The notes under the pieces are model-generated. The model made no database searches. It was not told the origin of the DNA and was given only the letters and a program-made list of their open reading frames with translations. From Gemmatimonadales bacterium (GTDB lineage: Bacteria; Gemmatimonadota; Gemmatimonadetes; Gemmatimonadales; GWC2-71-9), in contig OZ252244.1 in assembly GCA_965249575.1 (NCBI GenBank), positions 2,464,001 to 2,528,000 on the forward strand: a DNA stretch of 64,000 nt, read 5' to 3'. Below, piece after piece: positions 9,947 to 20,309 of this stretch; position 1 is the stretch's first letter; the number at the start of each line of letters is the position of its first letter. The position numbers and the translations under genes are program-made.

Positions 9947-10714
9947 CTAGACCGCCCTCCGTATCGACGCCGACGGGGGAGGAATCCGAAGCCGGCGTCC
10001 CGCTCGAAACAGGCTCCAGGCGAGGGACATCGCCTCCCGGCGGCTGGTCGCCGCGGGGCGACGCCGGACTGGTGCCACCGGCAGTACCGCAATTTGGCGC
10101 GCGGCGACTGCGGCCCGCGCAACGAGCTCCGCACTCGCGCACAGTCCGTCGGTCTCTAATACCGCGTCCGGGCGCTCACTGTCCGGGCGCTCACTGAGCG
10201 CCTGTTTGAGCGTCACCAAACGGAAGGCCGCCACCCCGGATGTGAAATCCCGGAGGCCGGGCACGCGCAGGCCGGGGCGCAAGAGGAGCGGCGCCGATCG
10301 GCGCACGGCGTGCATTGCCAGTGATGGAGAGCCATCGAGCGACTCTCCGACGACGAGATCCGCTCCCGATTCGATCGACCGCACGAGCGCGGGCAGGACC
10401 TCCGGCGAAATGCCGAAGTCGGCGGGCAGCGTGATGGCCGCGTCCCGCTTTGGCCGGTCGCTCAGGCGGACCGCCTCCCGGAGGAGTGCCTCGACAGTCG
10501 CCCCGTACCCACGACGGCGCTCGCTGCGAATGAGGGTGATCGGCAACGTCTGCTGATAGGGTTTCAGCACGTCGCTCGTAGCGTCGGTCGAGGCATCGTC
10601 AGCCACGAGCAACTGGTATTCGCGGGGGAAGGTCTCGAACACTTGGCGTACCTTCCAGAGAACGAGTCCGACGGTTGGTGCAGCGTTTTCCGACGGCACG
10701 CAGACGTAAATCAT
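9947..10714 (-). CDS. Glycosyltransferase family 2 (degenerate DxD)
   Basis: MIYVCVP..N, ADDASTD, DFTSG; PADF where DxD is expected. Confidence 0.75.
   Translation of the reverse strand: MIYVCVPSENAAPTVGLVLWKVRQVFETFPREYQLLVADDASTDATSDVLKPYQQTLPITLIRSERRRGYGATVEALLREAVRLSDRPKRDAAITLPADFGISPEVLPALVRSIESGADLVVGESLDGSPSLAMHAVRRSAPLLLRPGLRVPGLRDFTSGVAAFRLVTLKQALSERPDSERPDAVLETDGLCASAELVARAAVAARQIAVLPVAPVRRRPAATSRREAMSLAWSLFRAGRRLRIPPPSASIRRAV
10166..10195. repeat. 15-bp perfect tandem duplication (SERPD x2) in the GT2 gene
   Basis: gtccgggcgctcact repeated twice. Confidence 0.9.
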
Positions 10715-10736
10715 GCTAGGCTTGCTCCAATCGTGT

Positions 10737-11792
10737 TCAGCACCTTGCCCTCGCGTAACATCGCAGGGTTCGCTCGACCATTCGCCCCACCCCATAGCGC
10801 CCGGCAATCAAGGGCCCCTCTCTTCGTACCGACTGACGGCCTTCAGGGTCCGCGAGCCAGCGCGAGACCGCGGCCGCGACACCTGCAGGGTCGCTGGGGG
10901 GAACCAAGCTACCGACGCTGGGAGTTACGATCTCCGGAATGCCCCCAACACGGCTAGCCACCACGGGGATTCCCCGCTGCATCGCGTGCAGTATCGCCGT
11001 GCCCAACCCTTCGTGCGTGGGAGTATGCACGAGGACGGCCGCGCCTCTCAGCGCCGCGTCCACATCCGGCAGGAAACCGGCGAAAGTCACCGGGGCCCGG
11101 TGCTCCGTGGCCAGCGCCTCGAGTCGTGCGCGCTGCGGTCCTTCCCCTGCTACGACCCATCGCCCCGGCATGCCATCCCGGCGTGCGATTGCGGCGGCGC
11201 GCACGATCGTTTCGACCCCCTTTTCAGGTGTTAGGGCGCACAGGCACAGAACAACGGCCCCGCCGCCGGCAGGCTCGAGTGCGCCACGCTCCCGAGCGTC
11301 GCGTCCGGCCGCCACGGGCGGGAGGGCACTCGGGATCAAGTCGATACGCTCCCGAGAAACCCCGGCGCGCCGGAGCGCGCGGCCGACCGCCTTCGAAATC
11401 GCGATGTAGCGCGCCACGCCACGTCGATACTTCAGGCGTCCCTTGGGGGCGAACGTGACGCGGCGTGTCACGACGAGTCGCGCTTGCATCCCAAGGGCTT
11501 GAGCCAGGCGGGCGACGGCGTGGCCTCGGGCGTCTTGTGCATGAACGATGGACGGCCCGAACGTCCGGCACGCGCGGCGAAGCGACTGCGCGGCGACGAT
11601 GTCGAGGTCGAATCTGGGCCTGAACCGGTCCGCGGAGGGGGAGAGGAATCCTGTCCTCCTCGCGAGCACTGATCCCGCTGGTGCGAGCACTTGAACGTCG
11701 TGCCCGCGCTCCGCGAGGGCCGCGGCCAGCAGCTCAACTTGTTGCTGTCCGCCCCGCCACGTCCGCCCACTGTCCACGAGAAGCGTGCGCAT
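10737..11792 (-). CDS. Glycosyltransferase family 4
   Basis: WRGGQQQ, EKG, EGLGTAILHAM, SRVGGIPE. Confidence 0.88.
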   Translation of the reverse strand: MRTLLVDSGRTWRGGQQQVELLAAALAERGHDVQVLAPAGSVLARRTGFLSPSADRFRPRFDLDIVAAQSLRRACRTFGPSIVHAQDARGHAVARLAQALGMQARLVVTRRVTFAPKGRLKYRRGVARYIAISKAVGRALRRAGVSRERIDLIPSALPPVAAGRDARERGALEPAGGGAVVLCLCALTPEKGVETIVRAAAIARRDGMPGRWVVAGEGPQRARLEALATEHRAPVTFAGFLPDVDAALRGAAVLVHTPTHEGLGTAILHAMQRGIPVVASRVGGIPEIVTPSVGSLVPPSDPAGVAAAVSRWLADPEGRQSVRREGPLIAGRYGVGRMVERTLRCYARARC

Positions 11793-11840
11793 GCGTCGAA
11801 TATAGGGCCGTGTCGGTGGGGAGGACGAAGTGATGGGCGG

Positions 11841-13811
11841 CTACGGCCCGTCGGCCGCGGCCAGCGCTGCTCCGAGCGCAGCTCTCAGCTCGGCCAGGGT
11901 GAAGGGTTTCCGAAGGTACGGCCGTCCCAGGGACTCGAGGAACGTGAGCGTATCCCCCCTCACGGTATCGCCGGTGCTGAACACGACTCGGCTCACCGCC
12001 GCGGGGTTCCGCTCCTTGAGTGTCTCATAGAGCTCCCGGCCCCCCACACCCGGCATGCGGAGATCACTGATCACCACGTCAAACGGCTGTGACTCGATGC
12101 GCTCGAGCGCGGTGGCCCCATCGGCTTCTACGACGACGTCGTGGCCCCACGAATCGAGGGTGGCCCGCATGTAGTGCAGGATATGGGGTTCGTCATCCAC
12201 GACCAGGATCCGGAGCTTTCCGGGTGCGGACAGCTCCGTCCTCTGCGCCGGCTCGATCTGCGCTCCGCCCGGCAGCTCGACTCGGAACGCTGCACCGCCG
12301 GAGGCCCCGCGCGCGAGAGCGATGCGGCCGCCGTGCTCTTTGACGATTCCCTGGCAAATCGACAGCCCGAGTCCGGTCCCCTCACCTTCCGACTTTGTGG
12401 TGAAAAACGGCTCGAAAATACGCTCAGCAAGATCGTCAGGGACACCCGGCCCGTCGTCCTCGATCGTAATGGCCACGCCGTCCAACCACCGCGTCCCGCT
12501 CACTGTAATACGGCCACCGGCCCCGGTCGACTGCATGGCCTGAGCGGCGTTGTTGGTCAGATTGACGAAAACTTGTTGGAGCTGATTCGAGTCGACCGTT
12601 ATCGCGGGCAGGTCCGAATCGACCGATAGCGTCACGTCGACCTTGCAGGCCATGAGCTGGTTACGAAGTAGGAAGAGCGTCGCTTCGAGTATCGGGCCGA
12701 TCGGCTGCGTGCGCCGTTGGCGCTCTTGTTTCCTGGCGAAGGTCAGGAGATTCCGCACGATGCTGGCTGCGCGCTCGGCTTCCTGGCGAATCGCACGTAG
12801 AGGCTCGACGAGCTCGTCAGGCGCATTGTCTTCGCGTTCGACCAGATAGTCCGCAAATCCGACGACGGAAGCCAGTGGATTGTTCAAGTCGTGCGCCACA
12901 CCTGCGATGAGCTGGCCCATTGCCGACATTTTTTCGGACTGGATTAACTGGTCCTGGAGCCTGCGCTTCTCGGTCTGATCCTCGAATACCAGAACGGCCC
13001 CCGCCTCATCCTCATCTCCGATTGTCAGGGCGGACACGAACAGGAGTCGACCCCCCGCCTCGATCTCGAAGGATTCGCCGGCATCGATGGATGCCAGAGC
13101 GTTTGCGACGGCCCCGGCCCAGGCCGTGGGTAGGAGTTCGGCCCATGGGCGTCCGGCAAGAGCCGTCAGCGGGCTGTCGACGAGGCGTCCAAACGCGCGG
13201 TTTGCTCGGCGGATCGTCCCGGTTGAATCGATCACGCAAAACGCTTGACCGATTGCGTCGACCGTCTGTTCCCATTGGCGCTTGCCGGCGGACAGCATCC
13301 AGAGAAGCCGGGCATTTACCAGCGCGATGGCTGCCTGTCCGGCGACGGCTTGGACGATCTGGAGATCCCGCTCCCCGTAGCGAGACGGCGTCCGGGCACT
13401 CAGTGAAACGGCCCCGATGGTTTTTCCGGCCGCCACAATCGGGGCCCCGACCCAGGATCCCGGCGCCTCCTCCAGGCTAAGGCCGAACGATGCAAGCGAT
13501 CGACCGACGTCGGCGGGCACGACGCGCGCTCCTCCTTCCATTACGACGCGGATCAGCGGATCGTCGGGTGATGCGTTGGCACAGTTGAAAGCGTGAGCGA
13601 CGTGTGATTGCTCGCGCGGGTCATCGCCGGTCAGAACGATGAGCAGCGCGTCCGGCTCGAGTAGCTGTAGCAGTGCCTCTGCGACCCGCTCGACCATGAA
13701 GCCGGCGGGATACGCTCCCGCGAGCTCCTGCCCGAGTGAGGCGAGCGCCGAGAGCGGGTCGGACTCGGATTCCCCGGTGGGTGTGCTACCGGGGCCCGGA
13801 GGTTTAGGCAT
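11841..13811 (-). CDS. Hybrid sensor histidine kinase (GAF-PAS-HisKA-HATPase-REC)
   Basis: AHDLNNPL H-box, NLTNNA, DDGPG, GTGLGL, receiver VVDDE...SDLRMP...KP. Confidence 0.92.
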   Translation of the reverse strand: MPKPPGPGSTPTGESESDPLSALASLGQELAGAYPAGFMVERVAEALLQLLEPDALLIVLTGDDPREQSHVAHAFNCANASPDDPLIRVVMEGGARVVPADVGRSLASFGLSLEEAPGSWVGAPIVAAGKTIGAVSLSARTPSRYGERDLQIVQAVAGQAAIALVNARLLWMLSAGKRQWEQTVDAIGQAFCVIDSTGTIRRANRAFGRLVDSPLTALAGRPWAELLPTAWAGAVANALASIDAGESFEIEAGGRLLFVSALTIGDEDEAGAVLVFEDQTEKRRLQDQLIQSEKMSAMGQLIAGVAHDLNNPLASVVGFADYLVEREDNAPDELVEPLRAIRQEAERAASIVRNLLTFARKQERQRRTQPIGPILEATLFLLRNQLMACKVDVTLSVDSDLPAITVDSNQLQQVFVNLTNNAAQAMQSTGAGGRITVSGTRWLDGVAITIEDDGPGVPDDLAERIFEPFFTTKSEGEGTGLGLSICQGIVKEHGGRIALARGASGGAAFRVELPGGAQIEPAQRTELSAPGKLRILVVDDEPHILHYMRATLDSWGHDVVVEADGATALERIESQPFDVVISDLRMPGVGGRELYETLKERNPAAVSRVVFSTGDTVRGDTLTFLESLGRPYLRKPFTLAELRAALGAALAAADGP

Positions 13812-13888
13812 GATCCTCGCCGATGTACGGGGCGACTCTCCGATTCTGACGACTGCGGCGACGGAGCGATCGTCCCTGCTGTGACCCG

Positions 13889-14371
13889 CTAGTGCTCGAC
13901 CGCGGCCAGCTCCGCAAACAAAGGACACCGTACGTCGTTCACCGAGCCCCAGTTGACTCGCGTACCCAGGAGGGGAATCGTCGACTCCGGGCCGGAGATC
14001 GTGCCGATCTGCGGATACCCGCTGGGCAGATCGGTGTCGTAGATCAGAACACCCCGGAACACTTCCGAGGAATCATCGATCAGGACCAGGCCGAACCCCG
14101 GCATTTGGGGGAATCCCTGCCCCTCGTAGCCGAGCACCGCGCCTTCGGGGCCGACCGCCGCAATGGCCCGGGAGGTTCCGTAACCGACTACACGCGCTGG
14201 CACCGGCCCTTCGAGTTCGGGTGGCGGCTCCCGCAATAGCGCGTGCACGTTGCTCATTCCCTGAAGGATGAGGGAAGACGCGGCAATGCTCGTGAATCCG
14301 CAGACGGCGGAATTCTCCGGGTTTCCGCCGCACCCGGCGAGCACGATGGCCGTCACGAGCAGTGGCCGCAT
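13889..14371 (-). CDS. Hypothetical lipoprotein
   Basis: MRPLLVTAIVLAGC lipobox. Confidence 0.7.
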   Translation of the reverse strand: MRPLLVTAIVLAGCGGNPENSAVCGFTSIAASSLILQGMSNVHALLREPPPELEGPVPARVVGYGTSRAIAAVGPEGAVLGYEGQGFPQMPGFGLVLIDDSSEVFRGVLIYDTDLPSGYPQIGTISGPESTIPLLGTRVNWGSVNDVRCPLFAELAAVEH

Positions 14372-14452
14372 GCGGATAAGCTACCCGTCTGTTCGAACGC
14401 TGCCTAGGGAGATCGGCGCGCGGCTTGCGCGACCGCCCCGGTTCCGGTCAGC

Positions 14453-14481
14453 TTGACCGCCTATTGAGCGGCGCGTATCGT
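14453..14481 (+). promoter_or_regulatory. Putative sigma70 promoter
   Basis: TTGACC-17 bp-TATCGT upstream of the zinc-ribbon gene. Confidence 0.5.
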
Positions 14482-14518
14482 TTTTCGGGACGTTCACCAA
14501 TCGTCTAGGAGTCGTGGC

Positions 14519-14683
14519 ATGCCGACGTATGACTATCGATGTGAAAAATGTGGCCAACGTTTTTCCCAGATCGAGTCAATCTCCGCCCACGGGCGCGCGC
14601 GTTCCAAGTGTCCCAAGTGCAAGTCCGTGAAGGTCGTGCAGGTGTTTACGCCTTTCTACGCCAAGACCGTAAAGAAGAGTTAG
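14519..14683 (+). CDS. FmdB-family zinc-ribbon protein (54 aa, not in ORF track)
   Basis: MPTYDYRCEKCG...KCPKCKS; AGGAG RBS. Confidence 0.88.
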   Translation: MPTYDYRCEKCGQRFSQIESISAHGRARSKCPKCKSVKVVQVFTPFYAKTVKKS

Positions 14684-15243
14684 TGTTCGAGCGCCTTCGG
14701 GCGGCCATAAACGCCGCGCTCGAAGCGGCAACCCCTCCGCCGAATCTACGGGACCTCTCCGGTCAGATGCGCGAAGCGGTGATCGAGGTACGAGCCGCGG
14801 TGTCACAAATGCGGGATGGTCTCGAGGAAACGGAACGGCAGGTCGCCGCTGAACGGACGCGGCGCGACGACGCGGAACGCCGGGCGGGGCTCGCCGAAGG
14901 CATTCAGGACGCAGAGACTGCAGCCGTCGCGCGGCGATACACCGCGAAACACGCGGAGCGGTTCACGATGTTGGAGAACAAGTTGATCGCGCAGCGCGCG
15001 GAGCTCGTCCTCACCGAACGTGAGCTCGCCGACATGACGACGCAGCTCAAGACAGTGGAGCGGGGAATCGGTCGGGCGGGCGCTAGCGCCGAAGCGGCAT
15101 GGCAGGACATCACCGCGGCTGGGGGCGTACGCCCGGGACAGGGGCTCGAAGACGAGGTGCTTCGAGAGCAGACCGACCGGGTGGCCCGTGAGGCCGCAGC
15201 CGAAGAGCAGCTGCGGGCGCTGAAGAAAAAAATGGGTAAATAG
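14683..15243 (+). CDS. PspA/IM30-like coiled-coil protein
   Basis: GTG start overlapping the previous TAG; MFERLRAAI N-terminus, long coiled coil, C-terminal EEQLRALKKKMG. Confidence 0.65.
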   Translation: MFERLRAAINAALEAATPPPNLRDLSGQMREAVIEVRAAVSQMRDGLEETERQVAAERTRRDDAERRAGLAEGIQDAETAAVARRYTAKHAERFTMLENKLIAQRAELVLTERELADMTTQLKTVERGIGRAGASAEAAWQDITAAGGVRPGQGLEDEVLREQTDRVAREAAAEEQLRALKKKMGK

Positions 15244-15256
15244 GGGTGAGGTCACA

Positions 15257-15658
15257 ATGGAAATCAAACCGGACCGAATGGTGTCGCTGGGTTACGGCAA
15301 ATACTGGCGCTCCGACGCCATCGTGGGCCTCATGCCGATCGAGGAGGACCGGGGCCCCGGGCGGCGCACAGAGGTCTACACGGCGACGCTCGAGCACCCC
15401 CTCGTCGCCTCGCGAAGCGAAAACGCCATTCTCCAGGACATGGCGATCGCTAGTGAGGAGGTCTTCCGAATGCACGAGGCGCGGGAAATCGTTAGCGACA
15501 TGGTGGAAGCCCTGGAGGACATCCCCGATGTCATTCGGCGGCTGCTCACCAACGAGGCAGACTTCGACGTGAATCAGTGGTCCCGCCGCTTGCAGTCCGC
15601 GCTCAGAATCGAGGCGGTGGAGCCGTCGCCCGACCAGAACGATCTGTTCGCCCCGTGA
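15257..15658 (+). CDS. Hypothetical protein (weak RemA/DUF370-like N-terminus)
   Basis: GAGG RBS; MVSLGYGKYWRSDAIVGL. Confidence 0.65.
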   Translation: MEIKPDRMVSLGYGKYWRSDAIVGLMPIEEDRGPGRRTEVYTATLEHPLVASRSENAILQDMAIASEEVFRMHEAREIVSDMVEALEDIPDVIRRLLTNEADFDVNQWSRRLQSALRIEAVEPSPDQNDLFAP

Positions 15659-15685
15659 ACTGAATCGTGGATGCGCGCGGGGTCG

Positions 15686-16297
15686 TCATTCCTGCGCGGC
15701 ACCCCGCCACTCGATATCGGCCACCTCGGCCGTCGTCATCCATCGCAACGTGTCCGAGTCGACACTTGCTCCTACCGCGATGATCTCTGGCGGATCGCGC
15801 CCGAATCCACCGCGATAGTCCGTGAACGGGTCGCGTCGCTCGTGCCGCCAGTCGCCGTCGGCTGCGTCAGCGCCGCGCAGCACGACGACGAGCCGCGAAT
15901 CACTCGTCCAGCTGAGAAAGGCCTCGCCCGGTGATTCGGTGTTGCCCCAGCTGTAGAAGATGGCGCGCCCGTCCCGAAAGACGACCATCACTCGAACCGG
16001 GCTGTCATCGGTGTTCTTCTCCCGCAAACTCGCGCCATCGATGGCCGTTGGAGTTCGCCAGCGCCAGACGAGCGCACCGGCGCGATCGGGCTGGAGGGGG
16101 ATCGAAAGCTCATAGGTTGCGAAGCCGACGGCCGCGTCGGCCTCGAGTTTCAACGTCTGCCCGTCAGTAACGGCGAAGACCGGCGCCGGTGCGCCCCGAA
16201 CTGGCTGAAGACGCCATCCCGGCGGTAAGCCGGGTCCGGGCGCCGTGGTGGCGAGGTTGGTGAGTGTCTGAAGCACCATCGCGCCGTGAACGATCAC
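15686..16297 (-). CDS. DUF3047-like protein
   Basis: LVWRWR...KNTDDSPVRV, IFYSWG, WRHERRDPFTDY; GTGA overlap with oppF. Confidence 0.7.
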   Translation of the reverse strand: MIVHGAMVLQTLTNLATTAPGPGLPPGWRLQPVRGAPAPVFAVTDGQTLKLEADAAVGFATYELSIPLQPDRAGALVWRWRTPTAIDGASLREKNTDDSPVRVMVVFRDGRAIFYSWGNTESPGEAFLSWTSDSRLVVVLRGADAADGDWRHERRDPFTDYRGGFGRDPPEIIAVGASVDSDTLRWMTTAEVADIEWRGAAQE

Positions 16298-17277
16298 CCC
16301 GTCTCCTCGGCGTAGTGGCACGCTGCGGCCCGCCCGGGTGCCAGCTCCCGAAGTGGCGGGCTCTCGACCCGGCAGCGTGCATCCTTCCTCGGGTGAGGGC
16401 ACCTCGGGTGGAACGAGCATCCGGACGGCGGACGCATGGGCGACGGTGGATCGCCCGGAAGGATGATGCGCTCGCGCGCCGCCTTGGGGTCGGGTGTGGG
16501 GACGGCCGACAGGAGGGCACGGGTGTAGGGATGGCGCGGATCCGTGTACAGCACCTCGGCGTCCGCCGATTCGACGAGCTTGCCGAGATACATGACGGAG
16601 ACGCGGTCGGCGACATGCCGGACGACGGCCAGATCGTGCGCGATGAAGAGATAGGTGAGCTTGCGGCTGCGCTTGAGCTCTGCCAGGAGATTCAACACCT
16701 GTGCCTGGACCGAGACATCGAGAGCGGACACCGGCTCGTCGAGGACGAGCAGAGTAGGCTCGACCGATAACGCGCGGGCAATCCCTACCCGCTGCCGCTG
16801 ACCGCCCGAGAGCTCGTGAGGATATCGGGCTCCGTACGATGGATCCAACCCGACCTCGCGGAAAAGCTCGACGACACTCTGCTCGGCGGCGCCTCCTTTG
16901 GCAACGCCGTGGACCTCGATGGGCTCCCGGACCGCGGACCCCACGGGCATCCGTGGATTGAGCGACCCGGAGGGGTCTTGAAACACGATCTGCATCTTGC
17001 GGCGAAATGCCCTGAGGGCACGTGCATCCAAGCCGAGGACGTCGTCCCCGTCGACGACCACCCGGCCGCTCGTCGGTTCCAACAGCCGGAGGATACATCT
17101 CGCGAGAGTGGACTTGCCGCTTCCGCTCTCCCCGACGAGCCCAAGCGTCTCACCCCGTTTGATACGCAAGCTGACTCCCTCGACGGCGCGCGTCACGGTA
17201 CGCTCCCCGAACAGCCCACCGCCACGGTGAAAGTGCTTCACGAGGGACTCGACGAGGAGATACGCGTCGTCCGTCAC
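16294..17277 (-). CDS. oppF: Oligopeptide ABC transporter ATPase
   Basis: GESGSGKS, LSGGQRQR, LDEPVSALD, HPYT, CSFHPRCP. Confidence 0.9.
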   Translation of the reverse strand: MTDDAYLLVESLVKHFHRGGGLFGERTVTRAVEGVSLRIKRGETLGLVGESGSGKSTLARCILRLLEPTSGRVVVDGDDVLGLDARALRAFRRKMQIVFQDPSGSLNPRMPVGSAVREPIEVHGVAKGGAAEQSVVELFREVGLDPSYGARYPHELSGGQRQRVGIARALSVEPTLLVLDEPVSALDVSVQAQVLNLLAELKRSRKLTYLFIAHDLAVVRHVADRVSVMYLGKLVESADAEVLYTDPRHPYTRALLSAVPTPDPKAARERIILPGDPPSPMRPPSGCSFHPRCPHPRKDARCRVESPPLRELAPGRAAACHYAEETG

Positions 17278-18263
17278 GGGGCTCGATGCTCCGGTTCTTC
17301 GATCAACCAGCAGCGGGCCTCGTGCTCGGTCTCGACGGGTAGGGGCATCGGCTCGTGCCGTCGGCAGCGCTCCCAGGCGTGCTGGCACCGGGGATGAAAG
17401 CGGCACCCCGAGGGCCACGCGAACGCGGGGGGAACGACGCCCGGGATGACGGTCAGCGCCGCCGAGACTCGGTCCAAGCGGGGTGCCGCTCCCAACAGCC
17501 CTTCCGTGTACGGATGTGCGGGCGTCGCGAAGAGCCTGTTGGTCGGCGCCTCCTCAACGATGCGGCCCCCGTACATGACCACCACTCGGTCGGCCAGACC
17601 CGCGACGACGCCCAGATCGTGCGTGATGAGGATGATCGCCATCCCAAGCTGTCGCTGGAGGTCCGTCAGGAGGTCGATGATCTGCGCCTGGACGGTTACA
17701 TCGAGGGCCGTGGTGGGTTCGTCGGCGATCAGGACCTTTGGTTTACACGACAGGGCCATGGCAATCATCGCCCGCTGCTGCATCCCCCCGCTCAGCTCGT
17801 GAGGAAACGTTCGGAGACGAATCCCCGGGTCCGGGATCCCGACGAGGCGCAACAGCTCCTCGGCTTCCTGCTCTGCCGCGCGTTTTGAGAGGTCGCGATG
17901 CGCGCGGATTGTCTCGACGATCTGCGTTCCAATGTTGAGAACCGGGTTCAGGCTCGTCGTGGGCTCCTGGAAGATCATCGCGATCTCCCCACCCCGAATC
18001 TCACGCAGCGCCCGGTGGCTCAACTGCGAGATGTCGCGTCCCTGGTACTCGACCTGGCTCCGCGGCTCGATTCTGGCCGGTGGCTCTTGGAGAAGTCGCA
18101 GGATCGACAGTGCCGTGACCGTCTTCCCGCACCCGGACTCGCCAACCAAGCCGAGCGTCTCTCCCTCCGTCACGTCGAACGACACATCGTCGACCGCTCG
18201 GGCCACCCCGTGGTCCGTCGCGAATGTCGTGGTCAGGTGCCGAACGCGCAGGAGGGGCTTCAC
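17274..18263 (-). CDS. oppD: Oligopeptide ABC transporter ATPase
   Basis: [25 protein letters not shown]. Confidence 0.9.
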   Translation of the reverse strand: MKPLLRVRHLTTTFATDHGVARAVDDVSFDVTEGETLGLVGESGCGKTVTALSILRLLQEPPARIEPRSQVEYQGRDISQLSHRALREIRGGEIAMIFQEPTTSLNPVLNIGTQIVETIRAHRDLSKRAAEQEAEELLRLVGIPDPGIRLRTFPHELSGGMQQRAMIAMALSCKPKVLIADEPTTALDVTVQAQIIDLLTDLQRQLGMAIILITHDLGVVAGLADRVVVMYGGRIVEEAPTNRLFATPAHPYTEGLLGAAPRLDRVSAALTVIPGVVPPAFAWPSGCRFHPRCQHAWERCRRHEPMPLPVETEHEARCWLIEEPEHRAP

Positions 18264-18604
18264 GACGCCCTTGGATCCATTGCGAGTGCCGCCCCGGCCA
18301 AAACCAGGGTATTCGGCAGCGCCTCTGCGATGGCGTCGAGCACCGGCCTCCGCAGTGAAAACGAGACGCCAAAATCGCCGCGTACGATATTGGCGAGGTA
18401 CCGGGCGTACTGGATGTACAGTGGTTGGTCCAGCCCGAAGTTGCGCCGCATTTGCTGCTCGACTTCGGGTGGCACGTTCCGACCCTCCACGACGCCGCTC
18501 AGCGGATCGCCGGGAGCGAGATGGAGGAGGACGAAGGTCAGGGTCGCGACGGCCAGAACCACGCCGACCGCCTGGACCAGGCGGCTCGCGACAAATCGGA
18601 GCAC
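18260..18604 (-). pseudogene. oppB: Truncated oppB permease fused to a probable oppC C-terminus
   Basis: OppB N-terminus (APGDP, FGLDQPLYIQY, GDFGVS, LPNTL) ends after 114 aa in an OppC-like DPR tail; no oppC gene present. Confidence 0.8.
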
Positions 18605-20287
18605 CTACGGGCCGCCGATGCGGTCGCGGTCGATCAGGCGGTTGGCTGTCACCCGCCAGGTCCACAGCGTGGCGGTCCACTGATCCGGCCGGATGGCCAC
18701 GTTCTCGTAGCGCCGGTGGATGCCAGGCGTCATCGTGGCGGTGTAAATCCAGACCCCCGGGGCGTCAGCATTGATGTGCGAATATGCCTGTCGCCAAAAC
18801 CGGAGCGCGTTCGCTTGGTCTCGCGCGTTGATCGCAATGTCGACGAGTCGGTCGAACTGTTCGCTTCGGTAACTGCCGTAGTTTGACGAGCCGAGGCCGG
18901 CACTCGTGAAGGTTTGCCGAATCCCAGATGGCGACGGATCCTGTGACTACCCCAGGAACGCTGCATCGTAACGTCGATCGGTCGTGCGATCGACGAACAG
19001 GTTGAACTCAACGCCGTTGAGACCCACGTCGATGCTCAATCGTTTGAACTGGTTCTGGATGATCACGGCGGCGCGCTGGCGAGCCTGGCTCGATGTGGGG
19101 ACCAGAAGCTCGAAGGCCAGGTCACGACCGTCACGATCCAGCACCCCATCGCCGTCGGAATCACGCCATCCGAGGCGAGTCAACTCCCTTCGTAGGCGAG
19201 TCAACTCCCTTCGTGCACGCATCGTATCGAAGGGGATCTGCGGGATCGTCGTGTCCCGACCCCCCCGCAGCGCCCGGCTGATCGGCCCCACGGGCACGTG
19301 GGCATATTTCCCGAATACGGCGTTGACGACCGCGGGGCGATCGACGGCCATGGCGAGCGCTCGACGGAGGGCCCGGCTTCCGAACAGCGGGTGCGGTCGA
19401 TCGCTGGGCCCGTCCGTCAGGTTGAATCCCACGAAGTTGTAGGTGGTCGATGGGTAGTCGGAGGAGACCATGTAGTCCGGTGCGCTACTAACGCGCTCGA
19501 TGTTTTCCGGCGTGACGAGAAACTCCATGAAGTCCGCTTCACCGGAGACTACCTGGGTCACGGCGGTGGTGTAGTCGGGCGTGATTCGCCAGAGCAGACG
19601 ACGCAGACCGGGCCGGCCTTGGAAAAAGCCGGTGTCCGCGGCCAACTCGATGAGTTGCTCGGCCTCCCAGCGAACCAACCGGTATGGACCATTGCCGACC
19701 GGGTTCCGACCGAACTCGTGCGAGGCGAGCGCGGTCCGGGGGATCGTATCGAGCAAGTGCTTGGGCAAAACACGCATATGATGTGTGGCGTCGAAGAACT
19801 GTTCCGCGTACCAGTGGTTGAATGTGAATGCGACCCGCACGGGATCGAGGGCGCGTACCGACGAGATGGATGCGAGGAGAGGTCTCGCGAGCGCATTGAC
19901 CAGCGAATCACGGTATACATCGAAAGTGAACTCCACGTCCCCTGCCGAGACGGGCACGCCGTCGCTCCAGTGAGCGCGTGGGTCGAGATCGAACGTGATG
20001 GTGAGCGAGTCCTGGAACTGCCAGGCACGTGCCAACCGCGGAACGAACCCGTCGTCCCCGAAGGTGTTCAGGTCGAGCCCGAGATCCGCGAGCTTGAGAA
20101 AAAGGAGATCGGAGATCGCCTCTCCAACCGTAGAGTAGCTGGCGGGTGGTAGCAGCGCATCGGCATCCGCGGTCGTGACCACAACGAGCGTGCCGCACCA
20201 GTCCCCATCACATTGGGGAACCTCCCCGCAACCCTGCACGGAGAAGGCCAACCCCAGCGCGGCGAATGGAAGACGAGTTCTGAGCAT
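18605..20287 (-). pseudogene. oppA: Peptide ABC substrate-binding lipoprotein with internal amber stop
   Basis: WSDGVPVSAGDVEFTF, GNGPYRL; TAG at 18947-18949, after which the frame continues (SQDPSP...NYGSY...DAPGVWIY) to 18605. Confidence 0.85.
19173..19214. repeat. 21-bp perfect tandem duplication in oppA
   Basis: aggcgagtcaactcccttcgt twice (RRELTRL twice). Confidence 0.92.
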
Positions 20288-20309
20288 CGCTCTCTCCTAG
20301 ACCGCGGCC

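Noticed and set aside
15686..17098. 470-aa ORF as a single gene (similarly 52458-53552 and 17274-18680)
   Set aside because: Only the 3' parts are coding; the 5' extensions overlap other genes
18947..18949. Pyrrolysine or stop-codon recoding
   Set aside because: TAG ends many normal genes here, no pyl genes are present, and the operon has other lesions
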